From an archaeon (GTDB lineage: Archaea > Nanobdellota > Nanobdellia > Pacearchaeales > GW2011-AR1): a stretch of 64,000 nt of DNA. Below, in pieces: positions 27,925-37,750 of this stretch (positions are counted from its first letter, which is position 1; each line of letters starts with the position of its first letter). A program made the translations under genes and the position numbers. The stretch is from NCBI GenBank assembly GCA_018697035.1, contig JABHSE010000001.1:29653-93652 (forward strand). The letters run 5' to 3'. A model generated the notes under the pieces. That model ran no database searches. It worked only from the letters and a program-made list of their open reading frames with translations, and was not told the DNA's origin.

Positions 27925-29211
27925 ATGGCTAAAGAAAAACCAGGACTAAATGTTGTATTCGTTGGACACGTTGACCAGGGAAAATCTACTTGCGTTGGGC
28001 GAGTATTTTTTGATGGTGGCGCAGTCTCTGAACAAGAGATGAAGAAGTACAAGGAAGAAGCAGAGAAGCATGGTAAGGCTGGATTTGAATTCGCTTATGT
28101 GATGGATAATTTGAAGGAAGAGCGAGAGAGAGGAGTTACAATTAACTTGTCTTATAAGAAGCTTATTACTAAGAATTTTGAAGTTACTATAATCGATGCT
28201 CCGGGGCATAAGGATTTTGTTAAGAACATGATCACTGGTGCTTCGCAAGCGGATGCGGCTTTTTTGGTTGTTGGATGTGAAGACGGAGTTCAACCTCAGA
28301 CTAAAGAACACGTTTGGTTACTAAGGACTATGGGAGTTTCCCAGTTAGCGGTTCTTATTAACAAAATGGATGTTGTTGATTACGATCAGGCTAAGTTTGA
28401 TAAAGCTGCTGCTGATGTTAAAGAAGTTATCAAGCAAGCTGGTTATAACCCCGATACTACACCTTTCATTCCGGGCTCTGCTCTAATGGGAGAAGGTGTT
28501 TCACTTAAATCTGACAAGTTAGCATGGTACAAAGGACCAACTGTTTTAGAACAGATTGATAAGTTCGATGCTCCATCTAAACCAACAAACTTACCAATGC
28601 GTATGCCAATCCAGGATGTCTACGAGATTACTGGTATTGGAACTGTTCCTGTAGGAAAGATTGAAACAGGTATTATGAAAATCGGACAAAAGGTTATTGT
28701 ATTACCAGGACGATCTGGAAGCGGTATTCCAGGTGAGGTTCGAAGTATTGAAGCTCATCATGAGCAGTTAAAGGAAGGCGAAGCTGGAGACAATGTCGGT
28801 ATCAACATTCGAGGTGTTGGTAAGAAAGACATGGCTCGAGGCGACGTTATCTGTGAAGCTGCTAACCCGGCACCTATAGTTGAAGAATTTGAGGCACAAG
28901 TTGCTATCATTAATCATCCAACTGTTATTGCTAAAGGTTATACACCTGTATTCCATGTTCACACAGCTCAAGTTCCATGTCAATTCGTGGAATTAAAGGC
29001 TAAGTTGGATCCTGCTACTGGACAAGTAAGTGAAGAAAACCCTGACTTCTTGAAGAACGGAGATGTTGCTATTGTTAAGATCAAACCTGTTGGAAACCTA
29101 GTAATGGAATCCGCAGATAAGAATCCTAATATGGCACGGTTCGCAATTCGAGATGCTGGAGTTACAGTTGCTGCTGGCGTTTGTAAGTCTTTGACTGAAA
29201 AGAAATTATAG
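27925..29211 (+). CDS. tuf: Elongation factor 1-alpha
   Basis: [41 protein letters not shown]. Confidence 0.98.
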   Translation: MAKEKPGLNVVFVGHVDQGKSTCVGRVFFDGGAVSEQEMKKYKEEAEKHGKAGFEFAYVMDNLKEERERGVTINLSYKKLITKNFEVTIIDAPGHKDFVKNMITGASQADAAFLVVGCEDGVQPQTKEHVWLLRTMGVSQLAVLINKMDVVDYDQAKFDKAAADVKEVIKQAGYNPDTTPFIPGSALMGEGVSLKSDKLAWYKGPTVLEQIDKFDAPSKPTNLPMRMPIQDVYEITGIGTVPVGKIETGIMKIGQKVIVLPGRSGSGIPGEVRSIEAHHEQLKEGEAGDNVGINIRGVGKKDMARGDVICEAANPAPIVEEFEAQVAIINHPTVIAKGYTPVFHVHTAQVPCQFVELKAKLDPATGQVSEENPDFLKNGDVAIVKIKPVGNLVMESADKNPNMARFAIRDAGVTVAAGVCKSLTEKKL

Positions 29212-29314
29212 TTTCTAGCGTGAATTTCTTGGTAAAAAAATCCTTACGTACCCACGTACGCCACGGATTTTTTTACACTTCGAACTTCACTGCTATAAAT
29301 TAAATTTCTTTCAG
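29195..29314 (+). repeat. Stop-codon-associated hairpin repeat, subfamily B, copy 2
   Basis: Left arm includes the last tuf codons (CTGAAAAGAAATT pairs with AATTTCTTTCAG); followed by a T tract. Confidence 0.9.
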
Positions 29315-29417
29315 CTTTTTTATTTTTTTATTTTGCCCTTTTTTGGGCTTTGAGATTTTTTTATTTGTATTGTTTAGTATACTATGTTTTTATAAATATT
29401 TGATTTTATTTATTTAC

Positions 29418-29660
29418 ATGAGAGAAAGATTGGAAATTAAAGAAATTAATGGAGCTGCTGTTGGGTATATCGTTGATCATTTCGCTGACGATGGTTCAAA
29501 AGCTGATTTTTATACTCCACTTGAAGGGAAACTTTGTGAATATCTTTCAAATATTGAGATTGGTTTAGATGTCGCTGTTGTTAATTCTTTAGAGGGTGGT
29601 CTTAGAGGAACTACGGATGTTATTATTAATTCTCGAAAGGGTATTTCTTCTGATTGTTAA
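29418..29660 (+). CDS. Orphan ORF (80 aa)
   Basis: ATG about 22 nt after TTTATAAA. Confidence 0.55.
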   Translation: MRERLEIKEINGAAVGYIVDHFADDGSKADFYTPLEGKLCEYLSNIEIGLDVAVVNSLEGGLRGTTDVIINSRKGISSDC

Positions 29661-29700
29661 TCACGATAATTCTTAAAAAGCTTTGAGTCGGGGTTTTGTT

Positions 29701-30258
29701 GTGGCAGTTCAGGTTAGAGAAAAGAGTATTGAAGAGATGGAGGTTAAGTTGGCTTCTATGGCTACGGCTTTCAATAAAATAACTTATTTGGAAAGTGCGT
29801 TGAAGGCTGTTGGTGGGAATTTTGAGATTAAGCGGTTTCTTTGGGGTGAGCTTGCGAAGTTATATGAGGAGCGGAAGATGTTTGAGCGGGCGGCTCGTGC
29901 ACTTGGGAACCTGGCAGGGATGGAGCCGATGTTTAGGGAGAGGATGGATTCTTATGTGATGGCGGCGGAGTTGTTTTGTCGGATTGGGAAGATAGAGGAT
30001 GCTGAGGATATGTTTGTTCGTGCATCTAGGGATGTTGCTGGAAATGGGAAAGAGAAGGTTATGTTGGCTCGAAAAAATGTTTATTTTGGTTTTGCTCGTG
30101 AGCTTGAGGGGAAAGGCAAGCGAGCTAGTGCGGTTAAGTTTTATGAGAAGTTGAATAAGATGAAGTTGGAAGATGTTGAGAAGGATGAAGTTGTTGAAAA
30201 GTTGCGGGTTTCCTATAAGGCGTTGGGGATGTTTCGTGAAGCTCGGCTATTGAGTTAA
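29701..30258 (+). CDS. Helical-repeat (TPR/SNAP-like) hypothetical protein
   Basis: Repeated amphipathic helices (ELAKLYEERKMFERAA, AAELFCRIG..AEDMF). Confidence 0.7.
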   Translation: MAVQVREKSIEEMEVKLASMATAFNKITYLESALKAVGGNFEIKRFLWGELAKLYEERKMFERAARALGNLAGMEPMFRERMDSYVMAAELFCRIGKIEDAEDMFVRASRDVAGNGKEKVMLARKNVYFGFARELEGKGKRASAVKFYEKLNKMKLEDVEKDEVVEKLRVSYKALGMFREARLLS

Positions 30259-30285
30259 AAAGAAAAAAAGAAAAAAGAAAAAAAA

Positions 30286-30366
30286 TTAGATGTCTTCTTC
30301 TAAATCTAGTGCGGGTTCTCCGAAATCTTCTTCGGGGAAGTTGTTTAGGCTTTCAGGTTCTGTCAT
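30286..30366 (-). CDS. Putative acidic micropeptide MTEPESLNNFPEEDFGEPALDLEEDI
   Basis: ATG...TAA, 26 aa, followed on the minus strand by a T-rich terminator-like tract. Confidence 0.4.
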   Translation of the reverse strand: MTEPESLNNFPEEDFGEPALDLEEDI

Positions 30367-30730
30367 TTGTTTTTTTTGGGCTAGTCATCTTCAAGTTCTT
30401 CTTCATCGTCGAATTCCTCTTCTTCAATGTCGTCTTCTTTTTTGATTTCTATTTTTGTGCCCTCTTTTTTATTTGAGATTTGGTGCTTTGAAATCTTTAT
30501 AAATATTTGTGCTAAATTTTCTTATCTTTGGAAAGGGTAAAAGAATTTAAAGAGAGATTTCCTTGAGATTTTTACGCTTTTCTGTTTAAATGTGGATGTG
30601 CAAAAGTTTTTAAATGAAGATTGTTGTTTTTTGTTATTAGAGATAGCTAGATAGAGTTAGTATTATCATCACATTCATGTTTGGAAGGTAGGGAGATATT
30701 TCTAATATAACTAAATGGAGAAAATAAAAT

Positions 30731-31891
30731 ATGGCAAAAATAAGTCCAACGTCGATAAAGTATCAGATTGTTGCTAAGTTTAACGCTGACGGGCCGTTTC
30801 AAAAACCTGATGTAATCGGGGCTTTGTTCGGGCAGACAGAAGGTTTACTTGGTGCTGATATGGAATTACGAGAGCTGCAGAAAGAAGGAAAGATTGGTAG
30901 GATCGAGGTAGATTTGGTCACCGAAGGTGGTAAGACTACTGGAGAGATTACTATTCCGACTGCACTTGATAAGACTGAGACTACAATTATTGCGGCTTCT
31001 CTTGAGACAATTGATAAGATTGGTCCAACTGATGCTACGATTAAGATTGCAGATATCTCGGATGTTCGAGGCGGAAAGAGAGATTATATTATGGAGAGGG
31101 CGAAAGCTCTTCTTGCTGGTATATCTAATGAGGGAATGGATTCTACTGAGATGGAAACTGAACTTCGTGAATCGACTCGAATTTCTAAGGCTGTTACATA
31201 CGGAGAAGAAGGTCTTGCTGCTGGTCCAAATATTGATGACGAGAAAGAATTGATTGTTGTCGAGGGTCGAGCTGATGTTGTGAATATGTTGAAGCATGGT
31301 ATCAAGAATGTTATTGGTATGCAGGGAACTCGGTTTCCGAAAACTATTGCTACTTTATCCGAGACAAAGGAAATTACTTTGTTTGTTGATGGAGATAGAG
31401 GCGGTAAGTTGATTGCTCAAAATGTTTGTGACAATGCGAAGGTTGTATATATTGCGACTGCACCTGACGGAAAGGAAGTTGAAGAGCTAGCTGGTAAAGA
31501 GCTTTTGATCGCTTTGCGAAAGAAGGTTCCTGCTGCGGTTTTTTTGAAGAATGGTAGTGGAGCGCTTGCGACTGGTTCGCGACGAGCTACTGCATCTGTT
31601 GAAGGAATTGTTAGGCGAGAGTTGACTAATGACGATATTTCGAAGCTTCGAGAACTTAGTTCTGATATTAAGGGCAAGAATGTCTTGGTTGTGAATGATA
31701 GTTTAGAAGTTGTGAAAAACGTTTCAGCTTTGAGGCTCGGTTCGATTGATGCGAAAGATGCGTTTGTTTTGATGGTTGCGGAAGCTACTGGTGTTGTTGT
31801 TCAGGCTGCTGAGAGATTTCAATCTAAGGCGGTTGCGGCGAAGACATTTGAGAAGACTATTGTTACTGAGATTCAACTTGTATCACTTTAG
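30731..31891 (+). CDS. dnaG: Archaeal DnaG primase/exosome-associated protein
   Basis: KPDVIGALFGQTEGLLG, IVVEGRADV, DGDRGG TOPRIM motif. Confidence 0.96.
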   Translation: MAKISPTSIKYQIVAKFNADGPFQKPDVIGALFGQTEGLLGADMELRELQKEGKIGRIEVDLVTEGGKTTGEITIPTALDKTETTIIAASLETIDKIGPTDATIKIADISDVRGGKRDYIMERAKALLAGISNEGMDSTEMETELRESTRISKAVTYGEEGLAAGPNIDDEKELIVVEGRADVVNMLKHGIKNVIGMQGTRFPKTIATLSETKEITLFVDGDRGGKLIAQNVCDNAKVVYIATAPDGKEVEELAGKELLIALRKKVPAAVFLKNGSGALATGSRRATASVEGIVRRELTNDDISKLRELSSDIKGKNVLVVNDSLEVVKNVSALRLGSIDAKDAFVLMVAEATGVVVQAAERFQSKAVAAKTFEKTIVTEIQLVSL

Positions 31892-31999
31892 TAAAATCGA
31901 TTTTATTGGAAAATTTCTTGGTAAAAGAAATTCTCGCGTACCATATGTACGCCACGAATTTTTTTACGCTTCGAAATTTCCTCACTGAAATCAATTTTG
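31892..31999 (+). repeat. Stop-codon-associated hairpin repeat, subfamily B, copy 3
   Basis: Starts right after the dnaG TAG; AATTTCTTGGTAAAAGAAATTC...GCGTAC/GTACGC...GAATTTTTTTACGCTTCGAAATT. Confidence 0.88.
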
Positions 32000-32088
32000 T
32001 TTGGGTCCGTTTTTGGGCTCTTTTTATTTTTTTATTTTTTTGGTTTTGATTGAGTAAGTTTTATATAGTTAATTCTGTTTTATGTTGG

Positions 32089-32562
32089 ATGAAGAAAGAG
32101 ATGATGAGTGATGGGTTTAGTTGGAGGGGTTTGCTTATTTTTTTGGTTTTGTTGTTTATCTTGTCTTGGGGCGTTTGGTTTGTATTTTTTAGTTATGAAA
32201 GTTGTGATAGTAAGATTTGTTTTGATGATAAATTGAAGGGTTGTGAACGAGTTCGGTTTATAGGAGGAAATGAGATGATTTTTAGATATGTGATTAGAGG
32301 AGAGAGTTCTGGGGCTTGTGAGGTTGATATTGAGTTGTTGCAGGGGGACTTAGATAATGCTGATTCTATAAAGTTGGAAGGACGGGGGATGACTTGCATG
32401 TTGCCGCTTGGTGCTGTTGTTGTGCCTGAGAGTGATATTGGAGTTTGTCATGGATTATTGAAAGAGGGGTTGCAAGATTTGATTATCAGGAATTTGCATA
32501 GTTATTTGGTGGAGAATTTGGGAACATTGAATTTGGAGATGCTTGGAATCCCGAATGTATAA
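32089..32562 (+). CDS. Membrane-anchored Cys-containing hypothetical protein
   Basis: N-terminal TM helix; several extracellular Cys. Confidence 0.7.
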   Translation: MKKEMMSDGFSWRGLLIFLVLLFILSWGVWFVFFSYESCDSKICFDDKLKGCERVRFIGGNEMIFRYVIRGESSGACEVDIELLQGDLDNADSIKLEGRGMTCMLPLGAVVVPESDIGVCHGLLKEGLQDLIIRNLHSYLVENLGTLNLEMLGIPNV

Positions 32563-32592
32563 ATTTAAATTAGATAGAGTTCTTTGTTTTTT

Positions 32593-33372
32593 ATGAGTAC
32601 TATTAAGTTTGGGCCTGGAGGATTGGGGTCTGTTAAGGATGCTGTTAAGAATCTTGAGATGTTTGCTGAGATGGGACTGAGGGCTTGTGAGGTTGAATTT
32701 ACTTATGGGCCGTATATTAAGAATGAGGAGGATGCTTTGAGGATTGGAGGGAAGGCTAAGGAACTTGGGATTTCTTTGTCGATTCATGCTCCTTATTTTG
32801 TGAATTTAAACAGTAAAGAAGAGGAGAAGATTGAGGCTAGTAAGAAAAGGATTTTGAAATGTTGTGAGATTGCGTCTTGGCTTGGTGTACGCCGAGTTAT
32901 TTTTCATGCGGGGTTTTATTCTGGAATGGAGAAGAGTAAGGTTTTTGAGAAGATTAAAGAAGGTATAATTGAGATTATGAAGGTTGTTAAGGAAGAGAAG
33001 TGGGACGTTGAACTTTGTCCTGAGGTTATGGGGAAGATTAATGTTTTTGGATCGATTAGTGAGATTTCTAGATTGGTTCGTGAGACTGGGTGCTCTGCTT
33101 GTATTGATGTTGCGCATGTGTTGGCTCGCTATGGCAAGTATGAGTTTGAGAGGCTGGAGGAAGCATTTCCTATGAAGAACTGGCATGTTCACTTTTCTGG
33201 AATTGAGTATGGGGAAAAGGGCGAGCGGAAGCATTTGGATACTGCGAAGAAGGATTGGGAAGAAGTTTTGGGTTGGATGTCTAAGTTAGATAAAGATATT
33301 GTTTTAGTTTGTGAGGCTCCGGATCCTGTTGGGGATAGTGTTGTGGGGTTGGGAGTTTGGAAGGGATTATGA
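32593..33372 (+). CDS. nfo: Endonuclease IV / AP endonuclease family 2
   Basis: SIHAPYFVNLNS, FHAG, PEVMGK, CIDVAH, HVHFSGIEY...H. Confidence 0.9.
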   Translation: MSTIKFGPGGLGSVKDAVKNLEMFAEMGLRACEVEFTYGPYIKNEEDALRIGGKAKELGISLSIHAPYFVNLNSKEEEKIEASKKRILKCCEIASWLGVRRVIFHAGFYSGMEKSKVFEKIKEGIIEIMKVVKEEKWDVELCPEVMGKINVFGSISEISRLVRETGCSACIDVAHVLARYGKYEFERLEEAFPMKNWHVHFSGIEYGEKGERKHLDTAKKDWEEVLGWMSKLDKDIVLVCEAPDPVGDSVVGLGVWKGL

Positions 33373-33418
33373 GTTAAGTATATATATTTTTATAAAGTTG
33401 TCTTTACTGTTTTATTGT

Positions 33419-33994
33419 ATGGGGGATACACTAAAGTCAAAATTAGATGCACTGCATATGATTAAATCTGATGTGGCTTCGGCTGGTGTTGAATTGGGGA
33501 GTGGGGAGTTTCGTAAGATAGAGTTGGCTGCGTGGAGTAATTTTTATCGTGGGAATCCTATGGCTCAAGATGTTGCTAAGGGTAATGATTCTTATTTGGA
33601 AAGGATTAAGCCCGTTGTTGAAAAATATGATTCTTATTTAGAAAGAGCATTCTTGCCTAGTAGAGAAGATGGATTTGATAAAAATGCCTTAGGGGTTTTT
33701 AGTTCTATTAATGGTGTTGGTGTTGGATATATTGATCCTCAACCTTTTAACATAGAAAAAAGGAGAAAAGATTTCAGGGGTTCGCAAAAAGCTCATATTA
33801 TTTTCGGTCTTTGTTCTGGTGGGGCGATTGCGATTCCTAGTTTGATGCTTGGTGCTATTATGGCCCCTGTTACTTATTTAGCTTTTTCTTTATATGCTGG
33901 CTCTACAGATGATTCTACTATGAAGATTTATTTGTCTAATATGCAAAAGATTGCTGGAGATGCTGAGGTTTTTCTAAGGGAAAATTCCAAGTAG
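33419..33994 (+). CDS. Hypothetical membrane protein
   Basis: TATA box upstream; hydrophobic C-terminal hairpin. Confidence 0.65.
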   Translation: MGDTLKSKLDALHMIKSDVASAGVELGSGEFRKIELAAWSNFYRGNPMAQDVAKGNDSYLERIKPVVEKYDSYLERAFLPSREDGFDKNALGVFSSINGVGVGYIDPQPFNIEKRRKDFRGSQKAHIIFGLCSGGAIAIPSLMLGAIMAPVTYLAFSLYAGSTDDSTMKIYLSNMQKIAGDAEVFLRENSK

Positions 33995-34033
33995 TTATGA
34001 AATATTTAAAAACTATATCAATTTGAATGTAAT

Positions 34034-34540
34034 ATGGTGAAAAAGGAAAAGATTTGTAATAAGAAAAAAATTATTGTTGTTTTAGCTGTTCTTCTTGTGC
34101 TGACTTTTGGAGTTATAATCAAGAGTTTGTTTTTTACAGGTGAAGTGATTGCTAATACTCAGGAGGTCGAGATAGTTCCCTTGACTCAAGAAGAAATTCA
34201 ATTAATAGGGCGTACGATTTTATCGAGTGAGTTTGTGGAGGATGTTCCTTCGAAGTATCCAATTGCACTTAGGTTTTTTAGTTTTTCTCAAAGCGGTGAG
34301 AAAATATGGAGAAGTGGGTTTTTGATCGGGGAAAATCAATTGTTGACTAGTGGAGATGCTGGGGTTTATCTTTCGCTTAATTCAAAGTATATTTCTGAGT
34401 TTGCTCAATCTAATATATGTGATGTGATTCGTGTGGCTAATGTGAATGGTGATCTTGGTTTTGATAGTCCGTATAATAAGGCGTCTCTTTTGTTGAAGTA
34501 TTCTGGGATGGTGAAGCATAGGGATTGTTTTGGTTTCTAA
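34034..34540 (+). CDS. Hypothetical membrane-anchored protein
   Basis: Basic N-terminus followed by a TM helix. Confidence 0.7.
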   Translation: MVKKEKICNKKKIIVVLAVLLVLTFGVIIKSLFFTGEVIANTQEVEIVPLTQEEIQLIGRTILSSEFVEDVPSKYPIALRFFSFSQSGEKIWRSGFLIGENQLLTSGDAGVYLSLNSKYISEFAQSNICDVIRVANVNGDLGFDSPYNKASLLLKYSGMVKHRDCFGF

Positions 34541-34576
34541 GGTTAGGTTTAAATAAGGTTGAGTTTTTTTAGAGAT

Positions 34577-35185
34577 ATGAAATTAATTTTTGTTGGTCCG
34601 CAGGGAAGTGGAAAAGGAACGCAGGCCAAGAGGATTGCTCGCAAATTTGGGCTTTGTCATATTTCTACGGGAGACTTGTTGCGTGAGGTTGATGGAGAGC
34701 TGAAGACTGAAGTTGATAAAATTATGAGTCGAGGGGATCTTGTTTCTGATGAGTTGATTGTTCGGATTTTGAAGGAGAAGTTAGAGAGTGATGAATGCAA
34801 GAGCGGATTTATTTTGGATGGGTTTCCGAGGAATGTTGCGCAAGTTGAGGAGTTGGCGAAGATTACGGAAATTGATAGGGTTGTTGAGATTGCGATTTCG
34901 GATGAAGAGAGTGTGAGGCGGATTTCGGGAAGGAGGGGTTGTGGGAAATGTGGTGCGATTTATAATATTGCTACGGCTCCGAAGCCTAAGGTTGAAGGTG
35001 TTTGTGATGATTGTGGGGGTGAGTTGATTCAAAGAAAGGATGATAATGAGGAGGCTTTGCGAGAGAGATTAAAGGTTTATCATGAAGATACGGAGAGCAT
35101 TTTGGAGAGGTATACCTCCGTTAGAGTTGATGGAGAGCAGAGTATTGAGAAAGTATTTGAAGGTGTAGTTGAGGTTCTAGATTAG
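34577..35185 (+). CDS. adk: Adenylate kinase (bacterial type, Zn-binding LID)
   Basis: GPQGSGKGTQA, HISTGDLLR, GFILDGFPR, CxxC...CxxC, QRKDD. Confidence 0.95.
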   Translation: MKLIFVGPQGSGKGTQAKRIARKFGLCHISTGDLLREVDGELKTEVDKIMSRGDLVSDELIVRILKEKLESDECKSGFILDGFPRNVAQVEELAKITEIDRVVEIAISDEESVRRISGRRGCGKCGAIYNIATAPKPKVEGVCDDCGGELIQRKDDNEEALRERLKVYHEDTESILERYTSVRVDGEQSIEKVFEGVVEVLD

Positions 35186-35443
35186 TTTATTTTCCTTTTC
35201 TAGGTTTTCTTTTTGTTGTCGTTCCTCTTCTATCATCCTGTTTCTTAATTCGGATATTTTTTCCAGAATTCGTTTTGCTTTTTCCGGAGAGTCTCTTGCT
35301 GTATTTAAAATGTAGAGGATTTTTCTTAAAATGTCGTCGTAGGATTCTCTTTTATGCTCTCTTAATTTCTCTATACGGAACTTAGTTTCCTCTAGAAGTT
35401 TTATCGTGGTGATTTTTTCTTCAGGTTTTTTTTTGTTACTCAT
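35177..35443 (-). CDS. Small ribbon-helix-helix-like DNA-binding protein
   Basis: ITTIKLLEETKFRIEKLREHKRESYDDILRKIL fits a beta-alpha-alpha pattern. Confidence 0.65.
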   Translation of the reverse strand: MSNKKKPEEKITTIKLLEETKFRIEKLREHKRESYDDILRKILYILNTARDSPEKAKRILEKISELRNRMIEEERQQKENLEKENKLI

Positions 35444-35457
35444 TTTTACGATATGAT

Positions 35458-35473
35458 GTATACCCTAGTATAC
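35458..35473. promoter_or_regulatory. Palindromic operator-like site GTATAC-CCTA-GTATAC
   Basis: Lies between the minus-strand TATA box and the start of the RHH-like gene. Confidence 0.55.
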
Positions 35474-35559
35474 TTTTTAAAGTTTTTTGTCTCTCTAGAA
35501 TTACAACAGACGTAAGGTTTATATAGGTTTTGGAGGTTATTATTTTAACTAAATTCAAA

Positions 35560-36756
35560 ATGAAAAATATGAAAAGAAATGTACTTTTGATTCCTTTTGT
35601 AGCAGTTCTAACTTTGTTGGTTGCTTCTGTGGCTTCGGCCGGATTGGCTACTAATATTGATACTGACTTCAATGGTGTTGCCTTAAGTGGTAGTACCATG
35701 GTTGGGGATGTTGACGACGTTGTACCTATAAGGGTTACGTTTGATTCTATCGCTGATGAGACAGATGTTAAGGTAAAGGTTTACATGGAAGGTCACCGGG
35801 ACGATGTGTCTGCCTATACTAATAGGTTTGATATTGAAAACGGTAACACTTACACGAAACTTTTATCTCTAGAGTTGCCTTCTGATTCTAACTTTTTGTC
35901 TGAAGAATATACTCTCTATGTAGAGATTGTTTCTCAAGATGATAAGAGTGAAGAGAGGTATACTGTTAGTATGCAAAGAGAATCGTATACCTTAGAGATT
36001 TTATCCGTTGATTATTCTTCGGAAGTTTCTGCTGGTGACGTTTTTCCTGTTTCTGTTGTCGTAAAGAATATTGGTTACAATAGAATGGATGATGCTTATG
36101 TTGTTGTTTCAGTTCCTGCTTTGGGTGTTTCTACTCGAGGTTATGTTGGAGATATAATTCCAACTGAGGACTATATTGATTACGACGATGAAGAAGATTC
36201 TGTTTATCGAACTGTTTACTTACAAATTCCAGAGAACGCTGTTAATGGTGTTTATGATTTGGACGTTGAAGTTTACAACGATGATACTGAAACTAGTGTT
36301 ACTAAGTTGATTGCTGTTGGCGGATCTGCCTCTAGTATGATTTTAGCTGCTGTAAAGAATCAAGATTTGAATGCTGGAGAGACTATAACATATGATATGA
36401 TTATAGTTAATTCTGCGGACGATGTTAAAGTTTTCAATATTGATAGTGTCTCTAGTGATGACTTGAGTGTATCAGTGCCTTCCGTTATTACTGTTGGTCC
36501 AGATGCAAGCGAGACAATCCAGATTACTGTTACTGCATCTAGCGATGCTGAAGTTGGAACTTATACTTTCTCTGTAGATGCTAATGGCCAGAGTCTTGTT
36601 TTTGGTGCTAATGTTGTTGGAGCTTCGGTTTCGACTTCTGTTGTTGCCTTGACAGTTATCCTTGCTATTATCTTTATCGTGCTTCTTGCTGTTTTGGTTG
36701 TTCTTCTTACAAAGAAGGAAAGGCCAATCGAAGAAGTAGAGACAAGTTATTACTAA
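35560..36756 (+). CDS. Cell-surface (S-layer/CARDB Ig-like) protein with C-terminal TM anchor
   Basis: Signal peptide, acidic beta-rich repeats (VVVKNIG), C-terminal TM helix. Confidence 0.8.
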   Translation: MKNMKRNVLLIPFVAVLTLLVASVASAGLATNIDTDFNGVALSGSTMVGDVDDVVPIRVTFDSIADETDVKVKVYMEGHRDDVSAYTNRFDIENGNTYTKLLSLELPSDSNFLSEEYTLYVEIVSQDDKSEERYTVSMQRESYTLEILSVDYSSEVSAGDVFPVSVVVKNIGYNRMDDAYVVVSVPALGVSTRGYVGDIIPTEDYIDYDDEEDSVYRTVYLQIPENAVNGVYDLDVEVYNDDTETSVTKLIAVGGSASSMILAAVKNQDLNAGETITYDMIIVNSADDVKVFNIDSVSSDDLSVSVPSVITVGPDASETIQITVTASSDAEVGTYTFSVDANGQSLVFGANVVGASVSTSVVALTVILAIIFIVLLAVLVVLLTKKERPIEEVETSYY

Positions 36757-36828
36757 ATCTTATAATTATTTTTATTTTTATTTTGCCCCCTTTGGGGCTT
36801 AGAATTTTTTTTGGGGTGTCTGGAGACT

Positions 36829-37284
36829 ATGATGGAAGGATTGGATATTAGGATTGTGAAGGATAGGGAAGATTTTAGAGGCATCTCTGGATGTGATATT
36901 CTTAAGAAGTTTAATTGGCCTTTGCCGGAGAATAAGTATTATGCCGCTGCTGCTTTGGATGGTAATTTTGTTGGATTTTGGGACGGAGATGTTGGGCATC
37001 ATTTTGTCTCTAAAAGTATTGGGGCAAAGGATTCTTGTTTTTATTCTAATATGATTTTTACTAGAGTTGGGAATAAGGGGATTGGCACTGAGATAAAGAG
37101 GCATCAGTTGGAGTTTGCTAGAGAGATTGGTTGTAAATCTTCTTATTGTGAGGTTCTTAATCCAAGTAATATTTATGCTATTAAGATTCAGAGGAGATTA
37201 GAGAGAGAGTTTAAGGTTAGAGAAAGGGACATGGGTTCTGAAGGTTATCAATTCTGCTTTGATTTGTGGAAATTAGATTTATAA
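36829..37284 (+). CDS. GNAT-like acetyltransferase
   Basis: NKGIGTEIK acetyl-CoA loop, AREIGC, N..AIK. Confidence 0.65.
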   Translation: MMEGLDIRIVKDREDFRGISGCDILKKFNWPLPENKYYAAAALDGNFVGFWDGDVGHHFVSKSIGAKDSCFYSNMIFTRVGNKGIGTEIKRHQLEFAREIGCKSSYCEVLNPSNIYAIKIQRRLEREFKVRERDMGSEGYQFCFDLWKLDL

Positions 37285-37306
37285 AGTTGGGTTTGTTGTT
37301 ATTTCT

Positions 37307-37750
37307 ATGAGAGTTGGAAATCGTGGTGTGTCTCCCGTTGTTGCGAGTGTTCTTTTGATATTGCTGGTTTTTGTTCTTACTGCCTTTGTTTTTTCCTGGG
37401 CTCGTACATTTATTCTTAATAGTTCCGATAATGGTGAGTTTTCTGCTAGTGAATTATGCTCTACTGTTGATTTTAATATTGTGTTTAATGGGATTAGCCC
37501 CTCTGATGTTTATAATTTTGATATTGTGAATCGTGGGAATGTTAATATAAGTTCTCTAAAATTTAAAGTTTATTCTGGTGGAGATTCGCGTCTTGTTAAT
37601 TCGGGTGTTGGTATTTTAGTTGATGGTGCTAATAGTGGTAGTGTTGAGTTGAGTGGTACTGTTGATGAGGTCGAGGTTTTGCCTGTGTTGAATATTGATT
37701 CTTCAGATGTTGTTTGTATCAATGATCCTGTTTATTTTTACAGTGCTTGA
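37307..37750 (+). CDS. Archaeal type IV pilin/archaellin-like protein
   Basis: Class III signal peptide NRG|VSPVVASVLLI. Confidence 0.85.
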   Translation: MRVGNRGVSPVVASVLLILLVFVLTAFVFSWARTFILNSSDNGEFSASELCSTVDFNIVFNGISPSDVYNFDIVNRGNVNISSLKFKVYSGGDSRLVNSGVGILVDGANSGSVELSGTVDEVEVLPVLNIDSSDVVCINDPVYFYSA

